A DNA stretch of 63,947 nucleotides, filler included, from Hyphochytrium catenoides (taxonomy: Eukaryota > Protista > Hyphochytriomycota): NCBI GenBank assembly GCA_900088475.1. It is 4 parts of 4 records of this genome, joined end to end, with 100 filler letters (N's around TTAATTAATTAA, not from the genome) between each part and the next. Parts side by side here need not be neighbours in the genome. Positions count along the whole stretch, not along the records: positions 57,657 to 63,947 come from FLMG01001884.1; 3 more parts are not named here. One strand, given 5' to 3'. The number at the start of each line of letters is the position of its first letter. The stretch's first letter is position 1. Below are positions 62,233-63,947 of the stretch, one piece after another. Under the pieces are notes generated by a model, which was not told the DNA's origin, did not search any database, and saw nothing but the letters and a program-made list of their open reading frames with translations. The position numbers and the translations under genes were made by a program.

Positions 62233-62506
62233 CAAGAGAGAGAGAGAGAGAGAGAACCTCTCTTGCCTTGCTCTCTCTCTGTATCTGCAGTCTGCGGATG
62301 GGTCCACAGTGCGCCATGAGCTCCCAGAGAAGCTCCTCAGAGACACGGCCGTGCAGGTCACTCACAGTCACTGTCCGAGCACTCGCTTCCTCTCCTTCTT
62401 CCTCTCCCGCATCCTCCTCTTCAGATGAAGAGAGAAGAGGCAGGAAATCGAGGGCTTCTTCTTTTCTCTCTCTCTCTTCTGGGTCTGGTTGCTCATCTCC
62501 CGCCAT
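60321..62506 (-). CDS. Two-RRM RNA-binding protein, divergent SF3B4/HSH49-like, multi-exon; start uncertain
   Basis: RTVTVSDLHGRVSEELLWELMAHCGPI...AEVEYADSFSARYACEVMSGTALYGQ|PILV, second RRM PPQVQESHLVELFSPFGEV...AFVAFSSREEAARAL...LEVKF. Confidence 0.75.
61262..61425 (+). repeat. Compound minisatellite of (GA)n-ATTCA units inside an intron
   Basis: About 9 recurrences of attca (one atcca) separated by variable GA runs. Confidence 0.8.
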
Positions 62507-62754
62507 CACCGGAGAGAGAGAGAGAGAAAGAGAGAGAGAGGGAGAGAGAGAGGGAGAGAGATCTAAAGGAAGGAATGCTCTCTCCTCTGCCTTTTCGATG
62601 TGTCTCTCGAACCTCTCTTCCTCTTCGTCTACTCCTCCTCCGTGCAGTTCATCTCTCCCCTTTCTAAAGCGATGCTTGATCTCTTCGCGCTAGCAAGAAC
62701 TTTCTCCTTGCCGAAGACAGATTTGAAAACAGTGGTCTAATAGTGGGATGAGAG

Positions 62755-62790
<36 letters not shown>

Positions 62791-62825
62791 AGAGTGAGAG
62801 AAGAGAGAAAGAGAAGCAGAAGAAG

Positions 62826-62858
<33 letters not shown>

Positions 62859-63947
62859 GAGANNNNNNNNNNNNNNNNNNNNNNNNNNNNNNNNNNNNNN
62901 NNNNNNNAGAGAGAGAGAGAGGGGAAAGAGAAAGAGAGAGTAAGAAAGGAGGAGAGAGAGGGGGAAAAGAGAGAGAAAGAGAGGAGAGAGGAGACAGAGG
63001 CACACAAGAGTCTCTCCTTGGGAGAGGTTGAAGCAGAAACAATGCGCTTCTGATCACTATTCAGAATTATGGAGAGAAACCAGTGCGTGTTCCTGATTAA
63101 CGGCATACTGTTTCAAGAATTCCTAATTTTGGTCGTCCAATGTTCTACCAAAATGTAGAATTCTTCCACCAGAGGAAGAGACAGCGAGCGAGAGAGAGAG
63201 AGAGAGAGAGAAGATAGAGACGGACATAGGTAGAGAAGGTTACTACCGCGAGCGCGAGAGAGAGAGACACAGAGAGACAGAGAGAGAGANNNNNNNNNNN
63301 NNNNNNNNNNNNNNNNNNNNNNNNNNGAGAGAGAGAGAGAGAGAGTGAGAGAGAGAAGTCAGAAGGTGCGAGCCCTCGTCAGTCTTGCTTTTGACCGCGT
63401 TCTTGACCTGAAGCCCCAAGTTTGGCGCTGAATCAGACATCAACATCGCTAGCGGACGACCGAGAGAGGAAGAAAAAAGAGACAAGCTGCACAAGAAGAA
63501 AAAGAGAAAGAGGGCACGCCAACGCACATTAACATCAGCAAGAGAAGGGCACGAGAGAGGGAGAAATCAGGGTATAAAAGCTGCGCTTGAAGAAAAGAAC
63601 GCGGCGAGAGGCGAAGGAGCGGGGGGGAGAGAGAGAGAGACAGAGAGAGAGAGAAATAGCTGTTGACCAGAGGTGAGAGGAAGGTCCTTCAAAGGGCAAT
63701 CTTCCTTGGCCTTGCTCTCGAGAGCATGGCAGTGCTTTAACTCTTCTCTCGAACCTTTCTCTTAGTCATCTTCATTTCTCTGGTGATTCTTTCGTCCTCT
63801 CTCTCTCTCTTTTTTTACTCTTCTCCCTCTCTGGAGGTGTCTGTCTCTCCGTCATGGGCAGTCAGACCTCTCGGACGGCGGGGGAGGAGTCATCGTCTCT
63901 CTCTTCTGCTGATGGGCGGCGATGGTGGGACGCTGTGAAGGCGAAGG

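Larger units (their letters stand above)
28900..63947. repeat. Pervasive (AG)n/(CT)n microsatellites in introns and intergenic DNA (also 1-10845)
   Basis: Very many perfect and imperfect AG/CT tracts; most non-spacer N gaps are bounded by them. Confidence 0.97.

Noticed and set aside
1-63947. Numerous ORFs rich in SLSLSL or RERERE
   Set aside because: Translations of stop-free (CT)n/(AG)n microsatellites, mostly intronic or intergenic.
63000-63947. Possible minus-strand exons at the window end
   Set aside because: No consistent open frame or family motif could be assembled.

Overview
Eukaryotic (stramenopile-like protist) draft-assembly window made of four contigs joined by artificial 100-bp spacers (N44-TTAATTAATTAA-N44 at 10846-10945, 27640-27739, 57557-57656). 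Three contigs are intron-rich host DNA saturated with (AG)n/(CT)n microsatellites, which generate most of the spurious ORFs. They carry DENND6-like, choline/ethanolamine phosphotransferase, ATG18, XRRA1-like LRR, NAA35/MAK10, a coiled-coil/ARM-like gene, a small membrane protein, an intronless bacterial-type SET gene and an SF3B4-like two-RRM gene, plus two abutting 3' ends of CRE/RLE-type non-LTR retrotransposons. The 16.7-kb contig 10946-27639 is different: apparently intronless, free of long AG/CT tracts and mostly pseudogenised, resembling a decayed endogenous large-DNA-virus island, although no core hallmark gene is visible. It contains a BRO-N protein apparently fused to a GTPase-less dynamin stalk/GED, an 1825-aa ARM-repeat RBR-like E3 ligase with a UBA-like domain hidden in the -1 frame, a frameshifted TRAF-type zinc-finger gene, ankyrin-like and integrase-C-terminus-like remnants, an XRE HTH, telomeric repeats and two arrays of a 12-bp repeat. 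All domain calls come from manual motif recognition, not database searches.
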